DNA of 64,000 bases. Source: Marsupella aquatica (Eukaryota; Plantae; Marchantiophyta). Position numbers and translations under genes: made by a program. Each line of letters starts with the position of its first letter. Positions within the stretch are counted from its first letter, which is position 1. Under the pieces are notes generated by a model, which was given only the letters and a program-made list of their open reading frames with translations, was not told where the DNA came from and did not search any database. This document shows, piece after piece, positions 51,074-64,000 of this stretch. The stretch is taken from assembly GCA_973895155.1 (NCBI GenBank), contig OZ316892.1, positions 10,334,283 to 10,398,282 on the forward strand, written 5' to 3'.

Positions 51074-51539
51074 AAACTACCTGGTTAAGCTTGGGAAAAG
51101 CCTGGAGCCATTCTTTCTCCTTTAAGCCGCATAGCTGTAGACGTCGTTTTTAAGGTTACTGTTATGAGAGATACTGGTTTTAAGTGACTGTTTCATAGAC
51201 GGTACTCATTCAGATAGTTTTTCAACTTGATTGAACAGTCTGAACATGCATGGTGAAGCGCGGCAGCTCAACTGTTGTGGAGTACCAGAAATGCTCATTT
51301 GTTTATTTAAGGGTCCAAAGTTCATTTGTTTTAAGTTACTAGTAAAGTGACGGTAGTATGTCGTTTGTTTCCAACTAGTTGTCGCTACAGTTACTGTCGG
51401 GACAATTGTCACGAATGATAAAGGTATCGACGTACTGCGCGCATGCTTCGGTGATAACCTGGACTCAGACAGCGTAGAGCGCCCTCCTTATTTCAAACTT
51501 GCTCAATGTCCTGGATGCTCTCAGTCCGGCCTGTTCATA

Positions 51540-53985
51540 TCTCTTATATATTACAACTGTGTACGTTACCATGAAAGTGATCCTTGCTGGATTTATTCAG
51601 CACAAGGACTCAAGGACTCAAGTGGTCTTGGAGTTGGTCGTGGATGAGCTGTAGCTCTGGCCCTGCTAGGTCAGTAAAATTCTTGAATGATGAAATTCAT
51701 CTGTGTAACGTCAAATGTGACAGCAATAGTGTGTATTTGCTAGGGAGAGTTGGGTAGGAAGCAGGCGGAGGGTGTAAGTAAGGCACAGAGTCAAAGCACT
51801 GCTGGATTGAAATCTTGCGTGCATTTGGACTTTTGAAATATTTGAAATAATCCTCAAGATGGAAAGAAGCTGGTTACTCGTTAAGTAGACAGTGTAGACC
51901 CGGGTGTAGACTTCTTGTCGAGGACTTACTCCTTCGTCTGTCTGATCCTTGTCTTATCATAACTGAAGCTGGCCTAGCTAGTAAGAGACAATTTGACTGT
52001 ACGTGGTTTTTCCCATTGCGCAGGCCCGCTCTGCTGCACGAGGAACTGTACCTGCTCCACCTGGTGGAAGCGGAGTAGCTACACGTACCTGTCAAAAGAT
52101 GATTTAGGCGTCTTCTTGCGAGGTCCATTTCAAGGTTCTTGCCAGATTGTGCACATCTTGCGTAGTAGATGCTGGCCGCTACTGATCGATTCGTGGTTGC
52201 CAGCTCATAGGTTGTAAAGTTTTTCAATCGCACTGGAAGCTAAGGTAACAGTGCACCATGCATAGAGTAGAAAGCTGACTTGCTGATCAGCATGTACCCA
52301 GTGCTTGCCAGTGTCTAATTAATTAGATGCCATATGTAACAATGCACGTAGAGTCGGGAGAGCACGTAGGGGTCGATTTTTGTGCCGGACAATTTGTGGG
52401 GAGGAGTGTTGCATTTGCAGATAGCACCTTCTACAAGGCGAATGGGGGCATAATCACGAAGCCTTGCAATCCCTCAGATAGTACAATCTTGAATATGAGT
52501 CTATCCTGAGATTCAGCCTCTCTCATCCTCGCCAGAGTTTTGTGTGACAATTTCAATTTCAGTCCCTTCCTTTTGGTACTTCCAGCGGTGAGAATGTGGC
52601 TCATGCTTAGTGTGCTGTAGGCAGGGACCATTGTGTTCGAAAGAGATGGAACTAAATATGCAAAGTCTAAACCCTGGCAATATGGTCGGTGCCAAAAGCA
52701 AATGAGGTTGGCTTCACGCCAAGATTTTGCATTCATAATTGGCGGTGCTTTTCAACGAGCATGTTTGTTCTGAGCTAGAGGAGCGAATTGAACAGTTAAG
52801 TTGTGGTGCCGCCTTTTTAGTAATACTTCTCGGTTTTGAAGGATAAGCACTTCTGCTAACAGATTCTTGCTCTCTACTTACTCGGCTTTCTGCTGTGCAG
52901 CCTTGGATTTTGTCGTCCACGACGTACACCAGGATTATCTGGCATCTTCAATGTCAGCCGTCGGTAGGAGAAATAATGAAGATTTCAAGGACTTTTTGAT
53001 CGTCCTAAAGGCATGTCACTCCGCATTTAACCTGTCGCGTTCCGTCCGGAGTTGTTTAACTCTTTCTGAGACGGGAGCTGGAAAAATTTACTCAACGCAG
53101 TAGGCCCTAAAAAAGACCTGGAGAATGGAACTATTAGCAGCTATTTTAAATTCTTGTAATAATATCTTGATGGAGATACCATCCTTAACGGAGAACATAT
53201 CGAGTAGCTGTATAACCGGTGATTGAAACTTAGTGATACGATTGAAAGAGAACATTGTAAGATGGGAACTCTCAATATAATGGATGCTTGTGAAGTATGT
53301 GAGTTCTTCACTCTTTTCAGGATACTAATGTCGTTTTGTATAGCGAACTGGCCACGTTTTTGGTGACTAAAACAGATGGTTTATGAAGGACGGATGGAGG
53401 CGACGCAAACAGTCCTTCATGGGAACCATGCGTCCCTACCCTTCATGACAAGTGATCTACCAGTGATTGGTACCTCTGGAGTTGCTTTCAATGGTTCTAT
53501 TTGGAGTGTCCCTTTGGTAGAATTATGTTGAGCTTAAAGTCCTATTCGTGCAGATCACGAGGTCATATACCGTAACAAAGCTTCGGCAGAAGACGAAGGG
53601 TTACAGCCAACAATGAAAGGTTCTACCAGGAGGTCTGATCTTTATAAACAGGTCAAATGCAAGCCTCCGCGTCTCAGGAATTTACTTTCTCTGTTGAATT
53701 TATATAGTCACGCAGTTAAGATAGGACGACCCACTGCAGACGGTGCGATTGTTCTTTCAGAGATCAATCATGCATTATGTTCTGCGTTCAAATCGGCTAC
53801 TTCATTAATATGCTGTTTTCCTCTTTGGTATAGATTTAGACGCGGTTTTAGAAGTTGCAGTGGCAAGAAGGGGAGGGGACTACACTACGGCAGCTTGCCA
53901 CTCACAAAGCTCTTGCGGTGCGTCCCAATGAACCTCCTATGTGAGCGTGAAACGAACTTTTTATATACTTTCTATTCACAGTAAG
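51540..53985 (+). pseudogene. Chimeric duplicate: SmD3 3' part (~40490-41250) fused to internal parts of the Tim44-like gene (~43712-44600, ~45373-46100)
   Basis: Alignable including introns. Junction CACGTAGAGTCGGGAGAG at ~52345-52362. Indels, a TGA in the SmD3 exon 4 copy, and no start exon. Confidence 0.9.
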
Positions 53986-55551
53986 CTTTGCCGCAAGCCT
54001 AGGGAGTTAACTTTGCTGTATGCCTAGGGAGCCAGGCCTGGAAGTTCAAAATTGGGACTAATATACAACTGAAGGACACCTTCAAACAAAACTTGACCCC
54101 TCTGCACCTCCGGCATCATGAAGTTGTCTTACAGCTCCAAAATCTTCTCATTAACCCCATGCTTTTGAGCTTGTAATTTGCCCCATTACTTTTACTAGAT
54201 TTTGGGCCCCGCTGGTATTTGTGGCATGGGCCATGGGAATTCATTCAAGGGCGCACTGTTGCCTTTTCAACCAAATAGACAAAATAAACCCGGAATTTTG
54301 GGCTCCCTCTCTTGGGTCCCCATGCCTAAATTTGAAGCGTCCATGGACCACAAGGTTGGTCTTTGAGACCTCCATGACCACATTATTTTTCCCAAATTAA
54401 ATTTGAGTTTAATTGTGATAACTTGATATTCATATATTCAAACATGCTTTAGTTTGGGGATATGCTAGACGAGTGGGTAAGCTACACTCTCGGGCTACAA
54501 TTCCATTAAAGGGACAGTCAGTCAATTTGCCCACTTTGTTGAAATTTCCATCATAAAATGAGGAAGGGTAAATTCCATCACATTAACTTTCATTGTGTTA
54601 ATCCCGTGGTGTTAATATGAAAATTTTTGTGCTTGCTCTCGTTGCTCAAACTTATTAACCATTGTACATATCTTTGTATACAAATTTCACGGCAACCAAA
54701 GAACATTCTACAGAGAAATTGGGCCCACACAGTTTCTGAAAACCTTTTTAAAAGCTACACCCCTATGCACCACAGCTGGACTGTATCTAACGTGTCTTGA
54801 AAATAAGAGAGAAACTGGAAAAAATTACCTGAGCAATTCGTTAGTAGAATCTTGGGTGACTTAGTTTAACCTGCCTGGAAAGGGATCATGCACTTTCCAA
54901 TCCCTGTTCAAACAAAAGGAAGTTGAGGCTAGCTTTGAACCCTAGTACCTCACCCTGAACCATCAAGCCTCACCGTCCACCACTGTACTTAAAGCTCTAA
55001 TGGTCTCAAAAGTAAAATAATAGTTAAACGTGTGGAGTAATATTAACGCACTACACACTGTCTGAAAAGGAGTCATTTTCAACTATGGATAATGTTTCAA
55101 TTTCCTTCCAAACAATAGGCCTATCCTCAAACTTTGTGACTGTTTCCGTGCAATTTTTAGAAAAAGTCTTCAAAAAATGAACCTATCCGCAAATTGCTTA
55201 ACCTGGAAACTGGAGGCTTTTCCTTGACAAGAAGTGGCACTAAATGGCAAAAGCAGCACAAAAGGAAAGCCATTTGCATGAAACCGTTTTTGGCAAAAAA
55301 AGACAATGTTAAATGGCTTTTCAAAACAAGCACCAACACTCACAAAATTCATGATTCATGTAAACGTCAAATAGAGTTGTATTTAATGTGGCCAAATCTA
55401 TTTGGACATTGATCTAGGGTGAGTTGAGCTTTGTCTCTCAAATGAACTACTCAGGATTTGAGTTGGGGCCAAAGCTACCGCCAAACCAGAATAGGACAAC
55501 CATCACGAATGCAACTTAACAGCAGTGCACCACAATTGGAACCAAGGTTTG

Positions 55552-55792
55552 TTTCATGAGTGAATATGTGTCCTGTTGGTGAAAGAATTAACAATTACTC
55601 AAGTTTCAGGCCCCAGACTTTCACGAGTGACTATGTGTAGGTGCAAGAATTAACGATCACTCAATTTTCAGGCCCCAAACTTTCATGAGTGAATATTTGT
55701 TGGTCCAAGAATTTACAAAGCTCAAGTTTCAGGCCCCAGAGTTTCATGAGTGAATGTTTTGCTGCAAGAATTGACAATCACTCAAGTGTCAG
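55552..55792. repeat. ~60-65-bp tandem repeat, 4 copies
   Basis: TTTCAYGAGTGA...AAGAATT.ACAA..ACTCAAGTTTCAGGCCCCA units. Confidence 0.85.
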
Positions 55793-56109
55793 TCAGGCTT
55801 AGGAGCTGTGATCACCCTTCAGTTCACCCCATTCATTAAAGTAGTACCCATTCTTTGGAGTATAACTGTAATTTGCACCCGTTAACAAAAGGTGCACAGG
55901 GTTTAGGGTTTTCGAGACTATCAATCCCCACGAGAGGACCTTTAGTGGCAGAGTATTATTTTGTAAAGAAGTTTAGGCCCACAACAAGCTCAGCATCATG
56001 ACTTGCGATCCATGAGCTAACTCTATCCAGACAAGATTGGTTTGGTGAGCGGCATCAAATCAGGTCAAGCGAGCAAGGTAGCAAAGCAATTATGGAAGAA
56101 GGGCGATGG

Positions 56110-56770
56110 AGGAACGTCTGGGCGAGTACTGAAATAAGCTGAAATTCCCAACTCATCGGTTCATCGTTTCATCGTTTCATCGTTCCTCTGTCTCCAGTTC
56201 GTACCATCTATCGGCCCCAAGACCAGCAGGAGGACTGCTGATTGCACTGAAATCAGCTGAGATTCGGGACTCAGCAGTTCGTGATTCATCCGTCTGCAGT
56301 TCATGCCATCTATCTCCACCAAGACCCGCAAGAGGACTGCAGATTTTCCCAGAGGACTCGAAGGGCGAGCGAGGAACTTCTGGGTGAGCACTGAAATCAG
56401 CTGAAATTCCCAACTCATCAGTTCTTCATTCATCCGTCTCCAGTTCGTGCCGTCTTTCTCCTCAAAGACCCCGCAAGTGGACTGCGGATTTTCTATGAGC
56501 TCGAAGGGCGAGCGAGGAACGTCTGGGTGAGCACTAAGGTCAGCTGAAATTCCCAACTCATCAGTTCATCATTCATCCGTCTCGAGTTCGTGCCATCTAT
56601 CTCCACCAAGACCCGCAAGAGGACTGCGGGTTGTCTAGAGGGCTCGAAGGGCGAGGGAGGAACTCCTGGGTGAGTAATTAGTGGAAATTTGCAACTGATC
56701 AGTTCATCATTCATCCGTTGAAAGTTCATGCCATCTATCTCCACGAAGAGAACCCCAAGAGGACTAATCA
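56110..56770. repeat. Degenerate tandem repeat (~110-150-bp units, about 5 copies) upstream of the FAM210-like gene
   Basis: Recurrent CTGAAATTCCCAACTCATCAGTTC and TTCATCCGTCT..AGTTCRTGCCATCTATCTCCACCAAGACCCGCAAGAGGACTGC. Confidence 0.85.
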
Positions 56771-57064
56771 TAGGGCTGCCTCGCGCGAGGTTCATACATA
56801 ATTGCCCTCCGTTTAATTCCAATTCTCGGAGGTGGTGTGGAAACGTTGCATTTGCTTCCCTGGAGTGCCGAAGCTCAGAGGAGCGCTTTGAGAAAGTTAG
56901 GGTTTCTGGTTTTCGTGAGCAAACTACGATACTACACAAAGCACTTCGAGATACACTTTGAATGCGCGGTGGGTTGGATTGGATTGGACTGGACTGGACT
57001 GAGTAGATATGGCCTGGGAACTGTGAATCTGTAGCTTGGAGTTTGAAGAGTTTAGTTGGTGAAG

Positions 57065-57457
57065 ATGGCTGCAAGGATAAAGGAGCTGATCAGCAAATAT
57101 GGGAGAGTAGCGGTGGTGGTACATCTCTCGGTGTCAACTGCATCCTACAGCGCATGTTACGTTGCCGTCAAGAATAATGTGGATGTGAATGAAATTCTCC
57201 AGCGAGTTGGGCTCCTCCCAAAACCACACCAGCATTCCGAGCTGTCCGACGGGACCGTGGTGGAGAAGATTGAGAAAGTGAAGGAAGAGGTCACTGAGAA
57301 GTTTGACCACGCTGCAGTGAAGGTGTTGAACGAAGGAGGGGCTTTTGCAATAGCGTTCTTGTGCAACAAGGCTTTGTTGCCTGTGCGTATTCCCTTGACG
57401 GTGATCCTCACGCCCCCTATCGCCAGAGCTTGGGCCCGGACCTTCCGAAGGGCTTAA
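57065..57457 (+). CDS. FAM210/DUF1279-domain protein (130 aa), single exon
   Basis: IKELISKYGRVAVVVHLSVSTASYSACYVAVKNNVDV and GGAFAIAFLCNKALLPVRIPLTVILTPPIAR match the DUF1279 signature. Confidence 0.9.
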   Translation: MAARIKELISKYGRVAVVVHLSVSTASYSACYVAVKNNVDVNEILQRVGLLPKPHQHSELSDGTVVEKIEKVKEEVTEKFDHAAVKVLNEGGAFAIAFLCNKALLPVRIPLTVILTPPIARAWARTFRRA

Positions 57458-58845
57458 GAATCTCCCGCCTAATTTATTTATCTGTGCTTGCATGACAGGA
57501 TTCTTAGGAGCTGGCATGTTGCAAGCGTGGTCTGATGAAATAAACTGGATTGTAGATGTATGGTCTTATGTACTTCCAAGTAGACATTAATATAATTGGG
57601 AAATTTCTCAGTCATGAAATGGTTGCTTTTTGGTACTAGATGTCAAGGAAACCAGGAAGCTGATTGACGATTGATATGTGGTTGATATGCGGACTATTTG
57701 TCAGCTTGGCATGCTGGCTGTTTTGTCAGCGTTTTGTGAATTTTGACTCGGTAGAGTCGAACTTGAAGTTTGCAGAACAAGTCCCTTCTCGTGAGAAGGT
57801 TGTAGTCTATCCCCTAAGCTTTCTGCTTTGCCATATGCTGGAAGTGGTCTTTATGCTGAAGTACAGCATCCAGAGTCTCGCCATCCTGTACAATTGTATA
57901 TACAGCCGGATCCTTCCAAATTCTGGTAAGAGGGTCAGGGTTGCAAGTAACGACGAAGATGATTCGAACAAGTACAGTTGGACTGAGGGCGTTCAGTCAA
58001 TATATTTATCCCACACTTGGTTGTCTTCTGATTTTTATTTCCATTCTAATACGCTCGTGTCGCAGACCAGTACTCTTGTGTTTTGGTGTGAGAGATGATC
58101 GAACCACAATGCTTCCTTGACACATGAATGAATTTTCGAGTCCACTGATTCCCTGAAAGGGGCGGAGGTACAACAATGGCAACAGGCCAGGAAAACAGGA
58201 AGAAAGTCTAAGTAAAGCAATTGAGATCAATTATGTGAAGGAAAAGTGATGAAACTACTACAGAAAGTTGTATTCTCACATGCTCAAAAGAGCTCTAATA
58301 AAGAGTTGTCATGGAGGAAGTCCCAATAGACACAGATGGCTCCCTGGATAAGCAATGAAAGCTCCCTCCGTCAATCAAGTCTTGCTACAACGAGATTGTG
58401 TTGCCATCGTCACAAATTCCTTTGTGTTTAGGTGCTGATCATGACGTCACAAATTTCTTTCGTGCTTATATGCTGGTCCTGACGCACTTTGTTCATGCTT
58501 CCCTGAAGAGCCCCTAGCAGAAGGTTTTCTTTTCCTTAGATATTGGTCGTGATGGAACCGATTAATGCAGCTTCCTTGAAAAGGTGGAGCCAATTAATGC
58601 TTTGTTGAACAAGAAATGCTAAAATGTCTTCGTTTCCTTAGTGCTAGTGATGACTTCAGAACCGCCAAATAGTTCCTTGCAATGATTCCTCTACAAGAAA
58701 ATGCTTTGAGGTACATCTATAAGCCTATGTTTCCGGATTGCTTTTGCTCAGGATGGCGAAGAAAACACATAATCCTCAATTGATGCTCAACAAGAGAGTG
58801 GCCAAATAAATCTCGGTCCTGTGTATATCATTGATTGATATCTGG

Positions 58846-61800
58846 CTAGGAGTCCCCTGGTACACCACTAACATTCATACCAGCGAGGACGTTTGGGACG
58901 GCTGAGTTGGGGATATGTAAGCCCACAATGCGTTGACTATCATCTGTTGTCTCCAGGCGCACAACCCGTAGCCTTCTATGGCTTGTTCGGACCTGTTTCG
59001 ACAAAGCCTTTTCCACAATACCCCAAACCGGAAGAATAAGACCTCCTAAAATATTCATCTGTTGCACTCTTCGCCCCACAGTGCAAACATTGCCGAGCTT
59101 GCACTTTGGCCCGTGCATGCACTGCTCTGCCGACAGCGTGAAGTCATTCAGCCAACCTTCTTTAGCGACAGCCAGGGAGGATGATCTACTGTACTTCCCA
59201 CGAAGTTCTACCCACGACATCTCCCTTGCTGCCTCTCCACTTCCCGGACGAAATATCCTGAACATGCGAGGAGTTGATCCGAACTTTTCAAGAGCAAGTA
59301 AATAATGGGTTCTTCCATGCCATTCTCTCTTGGATTGGTAGAATCCATTGTCTGAATTCTTGTCTTCGTCCCTTATGCTGTGCTCCAAATAGTGACTGGC
59401 ATTCTCCCAGGTAAAGCCCCGGTCAATTTTTAGTATAAACAGAGTTGTCAGAGCTCCTGACATTGGATCTCTATGCACAGGCTTAGGGTCCTCCTGCAAT
59501 TCGATCACATTTGCCTTGATATCGACAATACCAGAGTCAAACTGCCCCTCCTTGCGTGCACCTTGGATTAACTCATCAAATATGTTCACAAAGAATTCAA
59601 AGAGCCGGTTCTGAAAATCAGGTTCTAACCCCAAAACACGGTTGAGAAAGCGTCCAACATCATGTAGATCGACCTCAGTAATCCGTCCTATGTTTTTGAA
59701 CCCACTCTTACTGCCAGTGTTTGGTGGAGCAAGAATTGCCTCCCTAATGATCCCCACACAAAGGAGGGCAGCTCTTGCGATGACATAAAATTCACGAATT
59801 TTCTCAACATCTCCAGCTTTCAAGCCAGAAGGGGGCACAGGCGGCTCTATCTGCTCCATGACCGATTTGTACATTGTGGCCAAAGCCTTCTTCCCATAGA
59901 GACTGTCGTAGTTGAAAGCACTCAGGGACTGCCCAGCCCCGGCCCTCCGATCACCCTGAGTTAGAGCACCCAGAGTTTCCAGTCTTTTGGCAACAATAGA
60001 GGCAAAACGCCTCTCTCCACCAAGATTGGTGAATAGTAGCCGATATTGTGGAGCGGAAGCCTGATTTGAGCGATGAGTTCTTCCAAACTGTTGGATTGCA
60101 CGATCAGCACTCCATGGAAGCTCCAACGTGATATGCACTCTTCTTTTCTGGTTCATAGCACGTCTATCTGCCTGCAAGGATACACCTGCAGACGCAGCCT
60201 CTGAAATGACTGCAACAAGTTTCTTGGCATCCATAAATTGCTGCTTCTCGTGCATGTTTATCATCTCAAGAGTAACATCCTTGGTGTTCCGAGCTTGATA
60301 GATGACACCCTTTCCATTGGGGGCCCTCACCAGCATGCCTCGTCGGCCTGTCATTTCTGCGACACAGTCAGGACCCCCCAACTGATCTATGATGTCATCA
60401 AGAGGATTATTTGGAAGGTCTAGGCGTCGAATCGCCTCCATAATCTCTGTCCTTCTCTTTTTGGCAGCCTCAAACCTTTGCCATTGATCCGCGACATATA
60501 ATCGGCGTTCTTGCCGGATTTCATTTAACTCCTTGCTGCATTCAGGACAAGTCCAGCTCCTTCTCTTAGGATGCTCTATGATTGGAGGTGTAAGACATGC
60601 AGTATGAAACATTCTCGCACAATGAGAACAATCCAAAAAGCGATTTGTGACATCTTCATCGTCATATCTGCAGATAGCGCAGACAATGATTTCATCGTCA
60701 AGGACGGTTGAACCCTCGTCAGACTCCGTTTCATCATCATCGTCATCATCATCCTCAACATCCTCGTTACTGTCCACATGACTTGTTTTCTTATCCCCCT
60801 TGCCACCAGGACCACTGGACTTGTTACCAGAACCGATTTTTTTCCCACCGAAATCATTATTGATCTCTTCCTCTTGCAATGCTTTTGGTTCTGCAGGAAG
60901 TGGATAATGCTCCTCCATAAGCTTCAACAGCAGCTCCCTCGGCCCAGAGACAAAGTCATCGAGTTCAATCCCATATTTATTGACGGCCTCCTCAGTCCGG
61001 GCTTCACCGGTACTTTGTAGACCGATGACAACACATTTTCCTTCAGTGAGGGCTTCTTTTGCCAGCCTCACTGCTGCAGGCACCTTAGCTGACATACAGA
61101 GATGCCGAAAAAAGCGTTGATGATTGGCCCAATACATTCTCCATAGTTGGTTCTGGTTGGGCCTTCGCTCTTGGAGAGCTTCTAGTGCAACCATTAATTC
61201 GCAACGAAGCTCATTCCAAAATTGAGTGGCTTCGTAGTACATTTTCTTCATGTTCGGTTCCAACTCCACTTCATCAATTGCAAACTCCGCACTTTTGAAG
61301 CTGAGAGTTCGGCATACATACATACCTCTGGCCTTCATGTCCATGGCCACAAGTTCAAGTGCTCCTACACCCCTCTTTTCCAAAGCACCGAGAAAAGCTT
61401 GAAAATTAGGGAAATCTGTTCCAGTACCCCACAAGCCCAGCCGAGCCATGTAGCCCATGTTGCGTGGTTCTGAGGCTCCAGTAGCTGAACAGTATACCAC
61501 TCGTGCATCTCCCAATTGGTTTTGAAGTTCAAGCACGGCTTCACCAGTGCGAGTAGGCTGCCCGCCAGCCTCAGGAATCAAATTCTTCGCTTTGTGACAT
61601 TCATCAAAGACCAGGAGCCCATCAAAATCTTGCCCACACCACTGCACAAGCTGCTGCAAGCGCGATCTTCCCTTCTCTGATGATGCGATGAGGCTGCTGT
61701 ATGTGAGGAACAACACTCCCTCTCTCACACCAACTTGCTTTGAGTCAAGTTTGGCGTAAGGCAGCTTGTTCAGCGCATGGACCTCCACACAGGTTGCCCC

Positions 61801-63088
61801 AATATCATCTAGGTCTCGTCTTGCATCAAACTTAAGGTCTGACCCAACTGACAACCATAGTGCTTTTTTCCTTCCTTGCTGCCAATTCTCCCATACCAGC
61901 CCAGCAATGGTACGACCTTTTCCTACTCCAGCCCCGTCCCCAAGAAAGAAACCTGCTCTTGAACTATCAGCGAGGTGAAACATGTGTCTCTGCAAAACAT
62001 AGAAGTGATTAGATGTACGAAAAATAATGATTGTAGGAATTAGATTCCTGTCGAGGCTAGCTTTCGACGCACAAAAGTAACTGACAGTACGTCCCTTTCA
62101 GCAAAATCGAAAGAAAACCTGTTGAACTTCAGACTGGGACCTGGTTTAAGAATCTCCTGCCGTGAACGAAAATTCCCTTCGGATTATGAACTGAGAGGCA
62201 AAAACACTTTGCTTCCAGCTAAATCCAAAACCTATTGATTCAAATCAATGTTACTAGCTTTCAATATGGTACCGACGGTGTCCTCCTCGAAAAAACTTCA
62301 TAAAAACATGTAAGCACTTGAGACCTGATCGGGAACATACTGCCGTAAGCGAGGGAAAGCAATCTCGCTTCAACCAGACTCACCTGAGAGGCATATACAA
62401 TTGTTTCAAGCTGCAAACAGGATAAATTCTCTGACTTCTCCATTTCAGGTCCAATTTTGAGCTGGTAGATGGGCTCTGGAGGCTGCACGGCTGACAGTGA
62501 TGCCGTCTCCACTATAGGGTCTGGATGTCTTGGCCCTATGGACAGCTTTGAAGGTCGGTAATCTGTGAAGGTCTCACCAGCTATACCACCCTCATCCTCC
62601 TCTTGCTCCACCTCCAGCGCAACCTCGTTCACTTCCTCCTTATCATTCCTCAGCCTGCTCCATGCTGCAGGATCAATGTTGCCACTAGGATCTCCTCCAG
62701 CTCCAGCTCCAGCTCCTGCCAAGTCGTCCAATAGCCCCCCACCTGCTGCTCCCTGTCCAGAGAGAAGGTTCAAGTTCGCGAGAGTGTTCCGATAAGCAGC
62801 GAGCTTGACGGGATCCACTGCGAGCTCCACTCGGCATTGCGGACACACGAAACGGCGGAGAGTTGGCGGAACGTTGAGGATGCACCGGCAATTGGCGCAG
62901 GGCAGCTGCAGCTTGGTGGTGTCCACGCCTCGAGGGTGCAGCACGGGCGGAAGGGCCTGCGGCAGCTTGCATTGTGGGCACTGGAAGTTGAGCACGCCCC
63001 TTGGCACGCTCAAAATGCACCTGCATCCGGGGCTGGCGCATTGCACTTGAACTGCCCCGGTTTGCTCGGGCTCTCCTCCTTGCCCCAT
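58846..63088 (-). CDS. FGT1: FORGETTER1/EMB1135-like Strawberry notch homolog (~1282 aa); exons 63088-62384 and 61989-58846
   Basis: N-terminal CxxC zinc ribbons; HPDPIVETASLSAV, LSCLQLETIVYA, GFFLGDGAGVGKGRTIAG, FDECHKAKN, SATGASEPRNMGY; PHD finger (C..C...C..C...FH..C...W.C..C); ELPWSADRAIQQFGRTHRSNQ. A phase-0 GT-AG intron at 62383-61990 joins the two ORFs. Confidence 0.95.
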
Positions 63089-64000
63089 CTCTCAGCTCAT
63101 TCGGGGTGACGATAATTTCTTCTCGCGATTGACGAGATACTCCTCCTTAGAAAATTGTTTCCGTCTCAACAAATACTATCCCATCTCTAATACAACCCAA
63201 TCCCCAAGACTAGTTTAGAATGAGTATATGAATGAAATGAATGCATGAAATTTGGGAATCCACGGGGGAGCGCAACAAGGAGCAGAGAGCACACGCAGAC
63301 AGACAAGGAGACTTGCCAAAAAAGAGAGTCCAGGGAGGACAGGGAGAAAGAGACACGAAACTACGGTACTTCGTATGAGTGACTAATACTACATCAGAAT
63401 GGAATTGTAGACCTGCCTGCTTCCTGTTTCGCTCCCTCGCTGCGATTTGCTCTAGAGAAACTGCACCTGCAACAGGACTACGGTTCCCAACCCTCGTAAC
63501 TTGGGTGGGTCTGCATTAGAATCACCAGTCCCTCTTCCGCCTCTACGTGCGCACGTTTGAGTTTGAGTCAAGTCGACGGCAATGTGACGACCAATCATAA
63601 CCTTGGGAAGAAATGACGGCACCTTTTTTGGTTAGCCGACGAGGAGGAGACTGTGCCGCTGGTTTACATGGTTGAGACGTAGTAAGGGGCCTCATCATCG
63701 TATTTCATTCCTTGTCTGTGCGAGTGTGAGTAATCCGACGAGGTCACAACACAACCCTTTGTTCCGCTCCCAAGCACAAAGAGAAAAGAAGCTGGAGGAC
63801 ATGTGAGTCTCGGTGGGACCTCCGAGCCACCTGCAGATCTACAGGCCAGTCCACTTGGGCCAGCTCCTAGTGCATTGAGGTTGAGGAATGAACAACGTTC
63901 GGATATTTCGAAGTCGGCTGAATGCGGTCACAGGGGATCGGTCACAGGGGGGGTCACAGGGGATCGGTTGTTTGCTGCTCTACAGAAAGTGATCGATTGG

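Noticed and set aside
56161-57074. Minus-strand ORFs of 131 and 193 aa with repeated peptides
   Set aside because: They are products of the tandem DNA repeat, and the reading frame shifts between units.
57664-58098. 144-aa plus-strand ORF between FAM210-like and FGT1
   Set aside because: Non-ATG start, no recognisable domain, and it lies in the probable 3' UTR region of the convergent genes.

Overview
Eukaryotic land-plant genomic DNA, probably a bryophyte or liverwort (inferred from gene and TE style, not proven). The first ~34 kb is a nest of decayed transposable elements: a Ty3/gypsy integrase remnant, two copies of a ~1.5-kb LTR with non-canonical AGT...ACT ends, and two independent ~3.85-kb TG...CA insertions with perfect 5-bp TSDs that look like solo LTRs but carry a ~770-codon ORF. 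It also holds a decayed SWIM/MULE-type gene beside a ParB-like (possibly ParB-methyltransferase) pseudogene, a 2.4-kb TIR element filled with palindromes, a decayed L1-type LINE and a MITE. The right half is genic: SmD3 (5 exons), a Tim44/mL45-like mitochondrial protein gene, an inverted repeat plus a chimeric SmD3/Tim44 pseudogene, a FAM210/DUF1279 gene, and a FORGETTER1/Strawberry-notch homolog with only one coding intron. All family calls come from motif recognition by eye; no database searches were run.
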